In this document: positions 1 through 14,000 of the stretch, piece after piece
Layout: every line of letters starts with the position of its first letter
Position numbering within the stretch: position 1 is the first letter of the stretch
Assembly (NCBI GenBank): GCA_951406725.2
Contig: OX597818.1
Location: 114,886,001-114,950,000, forward strand
Reading direction: 5' to 3'
DNA from: Octopus vulgaris
Taxonomy: Eukaryota
Length of the DNA stretch: 64,000 nucleotides
Notes under the pieces: model-generated
The model's database searches: none
What the model was told of the DNA's origin: nothing
Seen by the model: only the letters and a program-made list of their open reading frames with translations
Translations under genes and position numbers: made by a program

Positions 1-854
1 GGAACTTTTTCATATGGTTTGCAACTTCTATCGATTCATTGTCCTTTAGTAATTTCCAACAAAATTAAAACGAGTGAGAGTAAAACGGATCCAGGCATAT
101 AATTGTATGAATCGATTACAATAAAATGTAAATATACACTGTGAGGGTTTTTGATATGTATACAAAGTAATACCTTTTAATGAAAGTCATGCAAACCGGG
201 GTTAGCTCTGAGCACCCTAATTTTGGCTCAGTGAACGCACCGGCCGCCTTGGACGCTTTGATAGGTTATTTCCTCGAGATTGGTCGAATGAAGTTCAAAG
301 TCGAGCTTAACAACGTCAGAAAGCAGCACGTAAATGAGAACTAACGTAAGAGACAAGGAATTTTATTTGACCACTGTCTCTGCCATCCAGAGACCTTCAG
401 TGTTGGGCTACGGTTTGACATCTAACATACCTAAAACATCAAACCAAGGAAACAACTGTCGGAACACTTGTAATAAGCTCAATTCTATGACAGCGGATCA
501 TGAATATACCGATGACATAAATCATAAGTTTATGGAGATACTAATATTTACAGAGAAAGCAACAAGACTGAAGTCTATGAATACAGCAATTCTTCCGGTA
601 TAGAGAAGAACTTTGGATACAAGGAAAAACAAACAAAAAAATGAATGTCGTCTTGAACACATGTAATATTATTCATTGTGATATATTCCTTTGTGATGTA
701 TTCGTACTGAAATAAAACTACATTTCCGAAGAAATAATCAATCTTTTATACGAGAGAAATAATAAATTTTGAAAATATTCTTGCAATGTGGAAAATCCGG
801 TTTATAGAAACGTAACCATTACTAAGCCGGTTCTACGTTTATTTATTTATCGTT

Positions 855-1318
855 TACCTTTTACTTGTTTTCAGCTATTGGCTGCGGCCATACTGGAGCA
901 CAGCTTTTAAGAGTTTAGTCGAACAAATCGACACTACTACTAATTTAAGTCTGGTACTTATAGTATCGTTCTCTTTTGCCGAGCCGCTAAGTTACGGTGA
1001 CGTAATCGAACCAACAGCGGGTGTAAAACGGTGGTAGGAACGAACATATTCACAATAACGCACTCACACACACACAAATACACACAAACACATACAAACA
1101 TACAAACACACACAAGCACGCACATACATATACACAAATACACACATCCATACATGTGTATTATCCGCATGTATACAAGACGGGTTTCAACACACTTTCC
1201 GTTTATAAAATTCACTTAAAAGCATTGTTCGACCCGGAGCACTTGTCTTAGGTGCTGCGCAGTGGGACTGAACCCAATACCACGTCATAAATCGAGCTAC
1301 TTAACCACACACACTCAT
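855..1318 (-). mobile_element. tRNA-derived SINE, family A (diverged full-length copy)
   Basis: Matches the family A layout seen at 16006-16418 and 24186-24590: tRNA-like head, central (CA/TA) tract, tail GCTCCAGYATGGCCGCAG...GAAACAAGTAAAA. Confidence 0.8.
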
Positions 1319-1411
1319 AGCTTCATGACGTATGCTGTTTCAGCCTACTTTTATTTCACACTGATGTTGATGCATGTCCAGTATCGAACTGTATTTATTA
1401 ACAACTCAGCT

Positions 1412-1630
1412 AAGGTGGATGCGTTAGCAGAGTCGTTAGCACGCCGGGCAAAATGATTAGCGGCATTTCGTTCGCCTTTTCGTTCCGAGTTCAAATCCCG
1501 CCGAGCTTGACTTAGCCTTTTATTCTTTCGGGGTCGATAAATTAAGTACCATTGAAACCCCTGGGGTTGATGAAATCGACTACCCCCCTCCCCCAAATTT
1601 CAAACCTTGTGATTATAGTAGAAAGGATTA
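1412..1630 (+). mobile_element. tRNA-derived SINE, family B
   Basis: GTTAGCACGCCGGGC head, B-box-like GAGTTCAAATCCC, core TTTCGGGGTCGATAAATTAAGTACC, and a tail ending GTAGAAAGGAT shared with many copies in the window. Confidence 0.85.
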
Positions 1631-1719
1631 GTATGTATGTATAAAAAGTGACATTCGATCACAGCACTAGTAACAGTTAAGCTTCGTGCACTGGCCATAC
1701 TCGATAACGAGGGGAAGCC

Positions 1720-1794
<75 letters not shown>

Positions 1795-2544
1795 CTGCAT
1801 CCTCGTTACACGAGAAAAGACATCGACAAGTAGACTTACTGAAATGATTCATAATTGTTGCCATGTGATACCCTTATATGACTTTTAAGACCGGCCAAGC
1901 TTTTACACATTTTATTACATACTAGACGACTGTACTGGCTAGCAGGAGAAACACGTGTCACCATATGCACTCTCTTAACATGTATATATATATATACATA
2001 TTTATCCTTTCTACTATAGTAACTTTATACGACTGTCCCCCTCCTCCCAAATTTCGAGCCTTGTACCTTGAGTAGAAAAGAATATATAATTTGTCCCAGT
2101 ATTGTTGCAGAGCGTTAAACTTTGCAATAAATGAATCTTATCTGATGTCACTCTATACGGAAGCGGTCATTTCGTATTTCGAAGTTTTAGTTTTACGTCT
2201 CTGATCTTTAACGAAAGTCTTTTGGCTTGAAGATCGAAGACCTGTAACTTTGGGTTACGCGATGTGAAACGTATACATTGTTATGTACGTGTATGTGTGT
2301 GCACGCCTGTGAACGTGTGGAACATACAGTGTGTATGAATGTGTATGAATGTGTGAGTATATGTGAATGTTTATGTGTGTGTATTTATCTTTGTATGCAT
2401 GTAATCTAATATGTAGAAAACAAAAGATAATATTGAACAATAATAATTTCAGAAGTTATATTTTGTTTCTAGCCGTCTCCGAAATTCGTACAGTATCTTT
2501 GATTAGCTGTCCAAAATGAAGCTCAATATTTCTAAGTTATACAT

Positions 2545-2571
2545 ACAAACATACATACATTCATTTATATG

Positions 2572-2607
<36 letters not shown>

Positions 2608-2640
2608 CATATATATACATATATATACATATATATATAC

Positions 2641-2708
<68 letters not shown>

Positions 2709-2755
2709 TATATATGTATATATATAAATATATATATATACATATATATAAATAT
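2545..2755. repeat. (TA)n/(TACA)n microsatellite
   Basis: Directly visible. Representative of dozens of (TA)n tracts, e.g. 1723-1793, 8338-8410, 20800-20945, 21434-21750. Confidence 0.95.
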
Positions 2756-5384
2756 GCGTGTTCTGATACAACAACAAATTGACCAATAGCCAATTTCCTC
2801 TATATAGAATTTCAGTATATTCTTGCTGAGATAGTATCGAACGACTAGTGAGGTCACGACAAAAAGTTACTGATACGAAATTATTTTAATCTCGAACTTC
2901 CATTTCTTACCAAATTTCTGCATTCAGCAATTATTGTCTTTATCATTCATGACTTACGAAATACACCAAAAGTTTTCTTTCATAAAACAAGTATTAGATG
3001 TAACTTGGAGAGCGCATAAAAAGTTTTGAAGGTTAACTAGGGTTCTTACGATAAGCGAAAGTGTTCAAGTTTATCAAGCTGATATTAAATAGTAAACGCG
3101 GAACGGAAATTTTTTGAAGTCGACAAATGCAGCCGGGTTTAAGTTTGCATTTCAACCTTTAAGGGTTGATAAAATAAATACCTGTTGGATATTTGGGTTC
3201 ATGTAATCGACTTAGATCCTCCTCGAAATTGCTGCCGTTAAGTTAAAATTCGAAACCAATTTCATTCGAGTTTTAAAGATATTTTGATAATTAACAAAGG
3301 TAAACAACGTGAGCAAAAATTCGGAAATCCAACAAATATTATAAATATTGAAGGTGAGTAAAAGTAATCGGTAAAGAATTACTAAGGACTGGATAACGAG
3401 AGCAACAACAGCAGTGGAGGCGAAATGGCACAGTGGGTGGGGCAGGGGACTCGCGGTCGTAAATGTTTATTGAGGAAAAACACCTAAGCTCCACGAGGCA
3501 TCGGCGGGGTTGCTGGAGTGATCTCCGATGTACTCTGAGCCTGGATGTGCATTCATCCATCCGTCGATGCTCTCGGTGTCGGGGGTTGACCTGCTTTCTC
3601 TTCTGCGGGTCTTACGAATAGCAAAGGACCACGTTTCGGACTTCTCCCACTCTGGGACGAAGACCGCTTCGCTCAACAAACAAACAAACAAACAGCAGCA
3701 GCATTATATCCAACAGCTATACCTCATTGCTTTATTAAACATGATACCTTCGATTATAATCCATTACGAAGTATCGTAAGACCGAATTTGATCAACCGGT
3801 GGTTAATTTGTAAATCATCAGAATATTTTAACATAGTTACAGGCTCAGAGCAATTATTAATTATAATCACAATGATATGAATATATTCAAAATATAGAAA
3901 GAAATAAGAAAATTCTGTCTTGCAAGAAGCATGTATAATTTAGGAACATAATTTGATCAGACCGCTGCAACTAAATGTGCAGCCATTTGCAAATAAGTAG
4001 GAGAATTAGGAAACATATTGTAAATCTAACAGGCATAAATCTGAATTCATTGATTGTCTCGTTTGATCCAGAGAAGCTCCAACACACGCAGATTTACACG
4101 TAGAAGCACACATACAGACACACAAGCACACATGCACTCAAGCACACACACGTATGTTTACGCACAAACAGACGTGCGCATGCATGCACACAATTCCCCT
4201 ACACACGCACGCGCACGCCTGCAGAGCCATATATTTCACATGAAAGTACCACAAAATCGATATCTGGTTCTATTCTCATACGCTGTGAAGGCTTTCGATT
4301 TACACATTTACAATAAATCACGGCAAATCGACTCAAAAGCTTGACAGTTGTGGTGTCCTTACCTTCTGGAATATTGAAACAACCTGGGTATTGCATGCTA
4401 AAACGTAGCATTATTCATTCGAGAGAATGAATATAAACCGTTATTCGGTTTAAAACCATTGACTGCTTCTTGGACCTTTTAGCAATTTTTAAATTTTTAC
4501 ACCGTTATAAACATTGAAGACATTTTTGTCTCAGGATAAACTGTTCCTCCACCCCCGATCCCTCTAGCGGTTTTAAAGGCTTTAAAAAGAATCGTGTTTG
4601 ATTCTATTACTTCCATGAATAAGCGATAAAATATTATCTACAATATAATACTCTAGTTTTATTCCTAATAATTCGATTAGCTATTTCTGTGTCAATGCTT
4701 CTCTTTGCTCCAGTAATGGTTTCTGAAGAGATTGAGTAAACACAATTAATAAACAATAAAGCTTACAAAAAATAACGGACAAAATGTTCGACAGAATAAC
4801 CAAAGCGGAAATATGAATATTAACATTACAGACTCTCACTTGCATAAAATTTGATGTAAGGAGAAACCGCTACATGGTTACTCGACATGTATGAAGTGGC
4901 AGCACAGCAGATTCCCAAATTACATTCTGTCGGTCTTCTAAGAGAAGAAGTGTACATCGGATTGTATGAACCTGGCTGTAATGTGACTGACATAACAGCG
5001 TTGGGTATGATCGATCATCGCCAACAAATACATCATCATCATTCTTTACTCTACAATCCTCAGAAAAATCAACACCACCACTACCACCATGCCCAGGACA
5101 ACTGCAGTAGCAGCAGTAACAACATTGTTAGCTGCAAAATTTCGGGCCTTGTGCCTAGAGTAGAAATGATTATACAGATCTATTTAATCTGGACTGTTTT
5201 TTAGTCAAACTAGAACATCGGCTGTGTTGCGAATAACGGAACATTCATTAACATTTGTAATAAGCAAATGTTTCTTAAAAGAGCAAATAACCAACACTAC
5301 CTTTACCACCCACCACCACCACCATCATAACAGCTAGAAATAGAAGCTAAATCTCAAATGTCGTCTTGCACTTTAAGAACCTTT

Positions 5385-5575
5385 CTAGGCACATTTTTGC
5401 GGCGAGAAAACTAGTCTATTACATCGATCCCAGTGCTTAACTGGTACTTGTTTCATCGACCCTGAAAGAATGAATGACAAAGTCGACCTCGGCAGAATTT
5501 GAACTTTGGACATAAGGACGGACGAAATGCCGCTAAGCATTTTGACCGGTGTGCTAAGGATTCTCGTAATTCGCA
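5385..5575 (-). mobile_element. SINE family B
   Basis: Reverse complement of the family B core (AAAGTCGACCTCGGCAGAATTTGAACT). Other partial copies lie at about 3090-3260, 8665-8825, 25420-25610, 54060-54300, 54740-55100 and 59185-59390. Confidence 0.8.
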
Positions 5576-8101
5576 GCTCTTTCTGACACAGTAAAAATAA
5601 AATACATTTTCTATAAGTGGATACCAGATAAAATTTATCTGTAAAAAACAAGGAAATATTATGGTGTCAGCTGGAATGACTTTTTCTAGTAGGTTTCATT
5701 GATTAGAGCTGATCTTGAGCTAAACAACATCATCATCATGATCAGCAAAAACAGCACTCTCTCACTCGCTCTGTTTCTTTCTTTCTTTCTCACACATGCT
5801 CGCGCACGCACATACACACAGACAAATGTGAGATCAAAATCGTTCATCTTGTATTTCAGCGACTGACTGAAATATCTGCAAAAAAGATCTGCTCCATTTC
5901 ACAGACCAACAAGCAACTTGAATTCCTATGTGCATTATTTCAGAGATAAATACTTCGACTTCACATAGTTGTTTGCTCGAAAGATATTACATTCCGTCAA
6001 ACAGAAGTCAAATAACCTAATTCGCTTTGCCCTTCCTTCTTATGCAAATATCATTCTATATAAATACATGCGATCGTGTACATGTGAGATTCAATATTTC
6101 CTATCACTGAAGTGGAATTGGCTGAAAGGTTATCAAAAGAATACACAGTTTCTTTAAATACCATATTTACTAAAAGTAGCGCTCATTGACAAATATCTAT
6201 AGGCTTGGAGAAGTAAAACTAGCCAGGTCTACAACAGAAAGATATATCATGTTATTTCCTCGCTGGTGGAAAAAGCTAAATCAGGGTAATTTTATTCGAA
6301 ATCACTAGTCTGTAGGATATATCTCTGATGTGTACTAATAGCACGAGCAACTCACATAAACACGCATACACACACAAACACACACACACACACACACATA
6401 TACATACACACACAAAATCATGCAAGCACACGGGCGTTCATATCCATGGATATAAACGTATTGTAGAGAATGAAATCATAGACATTCTTTACTTAAAATT
6501 TACTACAATTGTTTCGACTGCAATCAAAAAGAACATTATTATTGAATAAAGAAAACATTATCTTACATAACAGATGTAAAATACGCCTCCTCGGATGACC
6601 GTCGAAACTCATACATCGTTAGATTCTCTCGCCATTTCATTCGGTGTGATAATGATTACCCAAAGCGATGTGTCATTCCTAGCAGTTTATAGACACATAC
6701 ACATACACACACTTTTGCTTTGGATTTCGGGCCCCGTACAGTCTCTTGATGCTGTCATCTTAGGCTGAGAGTGCAAGGGCACATGCAAATCAATTCGAGA
6801 TTCCACCTTTTCTGACTCATACGTGTGGCATATGCGTGGTTTGATCAACAAGTATCCAGACTGTTACCATATTAACAAAGCTAATGCACGCAGAGCGAAG
6901 CCGCTTGGCAAATATTGACCATGGAACTCTGCTGTGCACGCACAATAAGTTTTAACGATCTATCTTACATCTGCTGTTTACAGCAGTACTTGGTAGGAAA
7001 GTGTGTAGCGTGTGATCGTCGCACTGAGCATTGCAGAGAAAGTTGTCATGTCGCTACCTGCTCAGAGGACTACGCAGATTAACAGAAACCATTATACACT
7101 TTTACTAGTTTCAATCGATTCTGGGACACCCTGTCTGAATGAGTTTCATCGGCAAAATTATTTTGACTTTGGTAGTCATCTTAACGTACTCTTATTGTTG
7201 GAATACCAAAATACAGGGAAGAAAATACGTAAACACCAGCGAATTAAATCCTGGAATCGATTCATTCAATTAAAATCCTGGGGTACCGTCTTGATGGGTT
7301 TCTTCGATCAAATCGGCGAAATTATTTTATCGTTTATGTGTACATGTGTACATGTATGTTTGTATTTCTGTATAACTGTATGTATGTCCTTATTCAGTTT
7401 ATTTCAAGATTTCTTGCCAATAGAGAAAGAACCGGTTTCTAACCAAGATCCAAGATTCCTTCATTGGAATTTCAACATCAACAACATACATACATTTTGT
7501 ATGTATGTATATACCACAATAGAAGGAGGAAAAGAAATTATATGGAAATAGTTAAATATTTATTGTGGTAAAAGTTTGATATATACTCATATGTATTCAT
7601 AAATTTCTATCCTTTTGTTACAATATTCTTCTTAATAATCTTTTGAATAACGTTAAACTTCAACTGTATACAATATAGCAACATTGTTTTAAAGTATTTA
7701 ACTATAATACTACATGACAGGACTTCCCCTGTTTCATTATTAGTAGTCTGCTAATGGGCAACCCCTTAATTATCAGCTAACATCTTGTTTTAATAAATCT
7801 TGATTTTTATGATTAGAATGTCTGTCTACTCATTCAATTCTACTCCAAACAAATACGGCCCTCTGTTTCTCTCGGCCTTTAATATACAAGGGATTTGATA
7901 AACTAGTCTATAAATTAAAACTGACCCCATAAAAAAACAAAAAATCAGTGACAGGCAATGTCTCCTTGAAAAGTTTAGTTACGGCTATGCTGTTGTAGGT
8001 ACAACTTGTTCTTTGTCTATCTCCTTAACTTCTTGGTGACTTTAAGTATAATTATACTAATGTGTCCATCTGTTCTAATTTAATTAAATTCTATGTCTTT
8101 G

Positions 8102-8188
8102 TGCAACTGAAGATTGCTCTACATTTTAAATTGATGTAATGATTGCATTGTTCAATTAAATGGAGGTTCATGAAACGATCGTACTGCA
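8102..8188 (+). ncRNA. type I hammerhead ribozyme motif with long stem II
   Basis: TGCA-a-CTGAAGA (8107-8113), long imperfect hairpin, GAAA (8172-8175), palindromic CGATCG, TA, c-TGCA. The element ends at a (TA)n tract near 8340. Confidence 0.7.
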
Positions 8189-8337
8189 TTACCTCTGGAT
8201 ATCCTTGTTGCTTATTTTGATTTTAATCACCTTATTTTGAAATTGTATGGATAATACCGTACTAAATTCTGGTGCCTCAACTTACGTACCATATTCATCT
8301 GAATCTAAATTTTTGCGGAACTCATCTACCATACCCA

Positions 8338-8413
<76 letters not shown>

Positions 8414-9299
8414 AAAAAGAGAATGGATGGAGATTGGAAAGTTAGTAATTGTTTATTATTAACAGTAAATTAACCATGTTCACTTACAGCCATTTCATTT
8501 AATACACAGTAAATACTAAGTGAATATCAAATTTATATTTATATGTCCTGAGCATAATAGTGCTTGCTGTTTCCTTCTACCGAATTCACTCAGTGTTGCT
8601 TACAGCAGAAGACACTTCCCAAAGATACTGCGCAGTGGCATTGAACCCCAAACCGCATGTTTGAAAGTGGAATTTTTTACCATAGATTCTTAAAATATGA
8701 AATATATTGGTTTCAAATTCGAGGTCAGCAATTTCGTGTCCGAGAGGAAGAAAGGCAAAATCGTAAAGCCAGACCAAATACCGCTAAGCATTCTTCCTGG
8801 CGTGTTTCCTACCAGCTCGCCGCCTTCCTGGTAACTAAAAGGTATTAATATTCATCCCTGTACCTGTAGACACAATAATTATGGCGGACCTAACTTTCAT
8901 GGTAGATTTAATATAACAGGATAGACTTAACTATGAATGACAGACTTAACTAGGTTTTGGATTTAATCACAGACTTGTGAACTTTATCAGACGGAATCCT
9001 CCTTTCAAGCGTGGAATTTGTATAAGTGATGTTAGTAAAATATTTCTACGTACATCAATGTGCTAAAGAAGCGTTCCCAAACTTCTTTCCAAGAAGCAAG
9101 TGATCTCACGCATAGCAATGTTCAATGAAGTCCATAATATATAATTTAATTATTACATATATAATACATATAATATGGATAAACTGTTACAGAAAATAAC
9201 AATCAAAGACTTGAAGCAGAGCATGTTCTACTACAGTCTACATTCCGGACATAGGGCCTAAAAATATTAATATATATATAATGCATTTCGACATGATAG

Positions 9300-9483
9300 A
9301 TCGCTAGCCACTACACATTCTTTATTTTCTCTCCTTGTTTCTTTCTGTGTCCCTTTCTGTGGAAGAGCGTAGGCTCGAGACGTTAAAGACTTTTTCAATT
9401 CCCGAGCGTTATACTAATACATCTGTTTGTTTTCTACACCACCTGTCTTCGTCATTTGATTTTCTTTTTTTGTGAATTCTCCC
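9300..9483 (+). mobile_element. short hammerhead-bearing repeat, family H1 (degenerate core)
   Basis: Homologous to 36070-36255(-), 63160-63310(+) and 22808-22914(-). Stem GAGC-GTAG-GCTC is kept, but the core is mutated (CTGTGGA, GAGA). Ends in (TA)n. Confidence 0.7.
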
Positions 9484-9581
9484 TATATATATATAATATA
9501 TATATATATGTGTGTGTGTGTGTGTACGTGTGTGTATATATATATATACATATATATACTCATATATATACACATATATAT

Positions 9582-9643
<62 letters not shown>

Positions 9644-9849
9644 CAAAACACTCTGCGGACTGCGATAGTAAAAATAAAATAGAAATAAAGTTTTAAAATG
9701 CATTTTGTTTATGGAAACCATTATTTTGGGCACCTTATTCTAAAGAGTAACCGCTGGTTCTCAATTTCCCTTCTTTCTCGTGCACATTTGTCAATGAAGA
9801 TAGATTTTGTGTCCTTTCTCCCACCTCAAAATTTTATGTTTCATTTTAG

Positions 9850-9953
9850 CAGATGACTCTGTTCTATTACAGAGTTTTTACCAACTGCCGCCGGCGTTAT
9901 TCAACCTGGATAACCAAATACCATGTGATATTAAATACTTAATTGATTTACTT
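9850..9953 (+). CDS. candidate internal exon of a host gene (possibly large lipid transfer protein-like)
   Basis: TTTTAG acceptor, GTAAGA donor, open frame DDSVLLQSFYQLPPALFNLDNQIPCDIKYLIDLL. Splices in phase to 10976. Not verified. Confidence 0.25.
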
Positions 9954-10339
9954 GTAAGAAATGTCTTTCTTATAAATCTACAGGACGGATCGATCACTGA
10001 ATTCTTAAATATTTGTATAGTTTGTAAAGAAACTTAATGTTTTCGTATCCGTAGCCCTGCCGCCTAAAGCCCGTTAATTATCTTCCCTCGATATAGTACT
10101 GAGCCAATTAATTATGCTCTAATTCAAATGACACTGATGTTGACATCATGTTTATCCATTCAGAATCGATAACTTAATATAACAGTGAATCACATGCATC
10201 TGTATCTACTGTAACCTCCAGAAAGCATGCAGCCTTGTGTGTACTTTGCAAACTGAAATTTTATTCTCCGATCTTTACAGATATTTTTTATCTTTTCTGC
10301 TCATTTGATCAGAAAAATTAGATCAATAACGAATATCTT

Positions 10340-10562
10340 CAAATAGTGCCTTGCATATATTGGTTTCACAAGGCCAGCAATTTCGAGGGAAGGAGTTAAG
10401 TCAGTTACATCCACCCTAGCGTTCAACTGGTGTTTATTTTATCGACTGCAAAAACATGAAAGGTAAAGTCGACCTCAGCGGAATTTGAACTCAGAACGTA
10501 AGGACAGACGAAGTACCAAGCATTTTGACCCGGCCTGCTAACCATTCTGCCAGCTCGCCGCC
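10340..10562 (-). mobile_element. SINE family B
   Basis: Ends in CTGCCAGCTCGCCGCC (reverse complement of the head) and contains the reverse-complemented core. Confidence 0.85.
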
Positions 10563-10975
10563 TAAGCGCTTTGTATGCATTAGTACTTAGTATTTAACTT
10601 ATTAAAATGCTTAGAATACTATTTCAGGTTTATATTTTTATCAAGTACCATTAGTTAATCTTTTACCATCTTTGGAACACAGTTTTCTGTTAGTGATTTT
10701 GAAACTTTTATTCAACAACGATTCTTTCTGTTTTATTTCCTTTTGTCACATTATCGAATTTTTCTTTGATAAGTCTCAAGATAGTCGGTAAAATTTGATT
10801 GTGGCGCCAATCAAATCATTTGCTTAAGTGCTCTATGACAGTTTGTCAATATATGAACCAGAATATAACACTTGCATCTGCAAATGCAAACACTCTTTTC
10901 TACTGGAATATTTCCATATTTCCCGTGCATTGATGTAGATGTAATTTCACTGAGAAACAAAATTTGTCTTTGCAG

Positions 10976-11047
10976 ACCCAATCGGGTTCGGTGACTGCCT
11001 TAACCTTCGTAACCGACATGATGATATCATCGAAAAACGAAATATTC
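10976..11047 (+). CDS. candidate exon following 9850-9953
   Basis: TTGTCTTTGCAG acceptor; reads TQSGSVTALTFVTDMMISSKNEIF. Only weak donors (GTAACA/GTAACC) occur before the stop. Confidence 0.2.
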
Positions 11048-11343
11048 GTAACACACATGTAACACTTGCATGAGACTATTTCGTTGTTTCAGTTGCTCCA
11101 TTAGTATTTTTAGCAATAGTCTGACGATTATCTCAAATTTGTTTCCTAAAATTAGAAACGACCTGTTAGTTTCAGACCGCAGACGCCGCTGTGCAGTGAA
11201 GAAGCTTATTTCCTAATCATGTGGTCTTGGGATCAATCCCGCGGTAAGACACCTTGAGCAATGGTCTTATGCTATTGCTGTGAGCCAACCAAAGCCTTAT
11301 GAATGGATTTGGTAAACCGAAGCTGAAGAAAACAGTCGTGTGT

Positions 11344-11451
11344 GTATACCTAATTATATATACACGTATGCATCATGACCAGTTCAAGATGCCCGCCTGC
11401 GAGCATTTTGTACTGGTCATGATGCATACGTGTATATAAATGTAGGTATAC
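11344..11451. repeat. near-perfect 108-bp palindrome (hairpin)
   Basis: Left arm GTATACCTAATTATATATACACGTATGCATCATGACCAGTTCAAGATGCCCGC is the reverse complement of the right arm with few mismatches; 2-nt loop. Confidence 0.9.
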
Positions 11452-11522
11452 GTTCGTATATGTAAGTATTGGTATGTTGTGCTTCTATGTATATGTATTT
11501 ATGTTTCTCTTCTGTGTGTATT

Positions 11523-11575
11523 CTACTGACGAGGCAAAGCATTCATAAATGCAAAGTCAGAAATCCAGGATCTAG
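11523..11575 (+). ncRNA. type I hammerhead ribozyme motif
   Basis: CTA-CTGACGA (11526-11532)-GGC..GCATT/AATGC..GTC-a-GAAA (11560-11563)-TCCAGGA-TC-TAG. The element ends in (TA)n near 11730. Confidence 0.65.
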
Positions 11576-11725
11576 TATTATCCAGTAAATTTTACTAGTT
11601 TCATCTTGTCTCTTTGTTTTCTCTCCGTGTTGATATATGGACACTTAAAGTGGTTTTAGAGTCAGATCATGGTTGCTATTTTCAGCATGGTGGTATCTTG
11701 TAGATACCCTAATTTATAATTTTAA

Positions 11726-11762
<37 letters not shown>

Positions 11763-11835
11763 CTGAGAGAAGGGGGTAGCTATACAGATAGATACATACA
11801 TACATGCACAGACACACAGGCCGGCAGACAGACAG

Positions 11836-11886
<51 letters not shown>

Positions 11887-11905
11887 AACAGACAGACAGA
11901 CAGAC

Positions 11906-11977
<72 letters not shown>

Positions 11978-13664
11978 TGATAGAATATATGTGTGTGTGT
12001 GTGTGTGGCAAGGCTTTAACAAGTAGAAGATCACTCGATCAGCTTAAGAAAGTAAAGAAAATATTATAATGAAATGCAGCTACCCAGAATTTTGTGGGTG
12101 AAACATTAATTCATTTAGCCACTTGTCAAGCTGAGAGCAAGAACGTTTGTCCCTTGCTTTCAAAGCAGATGGCGTTTGAACAGGGAAATCTCATAAGGAA
12201 GAAGACTGAAAGAAGTAGCAATAAAAATACAGAAAAGAGCAACGACGATGATGCGGTTTGTCTTCCAGTGTGTGAAACCTATATGAACAAACCCCTTCAT
12301 ATAGCAAGGCGCCAAATCCCACCTGTAAACAACTGTCCTCGTTCCAGCAATGAGTTATACCTGTGAGACAAGGAAAAAGACATCCGAATCTAAAGAATTG
12401 TAGATGTCTTGCAAAGAGGTTGCCATTACTAAAATTCTTTGCAGAGGGTTACATAACGAATAAATAAGCCATGGTAAAGGACGAGCTTAGAAGTCTATGG
12501 GATACTATCATTGTGAGCTGCAGAAGATTCTGGGCTACGTAATATGCATGCCCAAAAAACAAGCCACTCTTAAACCTCTCCAGAATGTAAGCAAGTGGTT
12601 GCATACATATAAGGATCTGATTGAAAATTCTGGGCGAGGGCGTGATAGATATGATCCTGGTTTGGCAGCGGGTTCATGACAGGTCATACGACTGTGCCGC
12701 ACGGAGAACTCACTTCACTCAATGTTCAGAAGTAAGAGCAGCTAAGATCTATAGAAAGATTTCCTTTTATTTCGTTCGCTAATATTCTCCTTAATACAGT
12801 TCGTAATTATCCCAATTCTGTAGCAAAAGGAATAATAATGATGTGTTTCTTGAACGCAATTGCATTATTTAAACGAATATAAAACGGCCCGCTGTTGCTA
12901 CTTCACTACAATATTAGAATAAAGACAGATAGGAATCTTTTCTTCAGCACGACGCTGTATTTCCCTGGACAAAATCCTGGTAAGAAGCTATTCTCTAGAG
13001 ATGTGTGAGCTGAGATTAAGTGCATATGTCCCAACAAGGGAAGAACTTACAACAGAGTTGCTCCAGTTCGTAACCCAAGAGCTGTTAGTTCAATAATTTG
13101 GTTCACTCTACCACATTACTACCACACCATCTCATTTAATTATATTTTTCAGCACAAGCATTATTGTTCATCAAATAAACAATTTACACAAGCGAATATG
13201 TGTGTCTATTTCTATATGCTGATGTAAATAATAATTACATAGATTATTAAAATATACCATACTGACATTTCCAATCTGAAATCTTTACCAGCTTAAACAA
13301 TTTAGAAATAAAGATGCATTTAATTCGAATTGCACATATCTGCGCTATTGTTACATAGCTGCCGCATTTGTCTTGCATTCAGGTATACACTGCTTGAAGT
13401 ATCAATAGAAAACGAATGTCTTTCTCAGACATGAATTACTTGTATTCATTCTTTAAGTATAAACTTGGTAAAAGGCCAATTTTGGCAGGGACAGCATACA
13501 GACGGTCGATCGATTTCATTTCAGCCGGATTTAAACTGCAAGCCTGAAGAGAAGCGACTAAAGTTGCAAGGCGGGTAGAATGTTGTCTGATTTACCTGAG
13601 AAATATGCAGAAAATAAAATAAGCTTTACCTGAGTTTGTACGTGGTTTTATCTAATAGTTCATG

Positions 13665-14000
13665 CACGCATGTATGTATGTATGTATGCATGCATGTATG
13701 TATGTATGTATCTATATATGTATGTATGTATATATGTATGTGTGTATGTATGTATGTATGTATATATGTATGTATGTATGTATGTATCTATGTATCTATG
13801 TATGTATGTATATATGTATGTATGTATGTATGTATGCATGCATGCATGTATGTATGTATGTATGTATGTATGTATGCATGCATGTATGTATGTATGTATG
13901 CATGTATATATGTATGTATGCATGTATGTATGTATGTATATAAGTATGTATGTATGTATGTATGTATGTATGTATGTATGTATGTATGAATGCATGTATG
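13665..14000. repeat. (GTAT)n microsatellite
   Basis: Directly visible; source of the MYVC/HTYI ORFs. Confidence 0.95.

Noticed and set aside
3380-3700. GC-richer segment with short ORFs
   Set aside because: No recognisable protein motif; probably a repeat remnant that I cannot classify.
7395-7485. Minus-strand GAAACCGGTT as a hammerhead
   Set aside because: The upstream box reads CCAATGA and stem I is poor; too degenerate to call.
7012-7551. 179-aa ORF
   Set aside because: It spans unrelated repeat fragments and low-complexity sequence, with no domain recognised.
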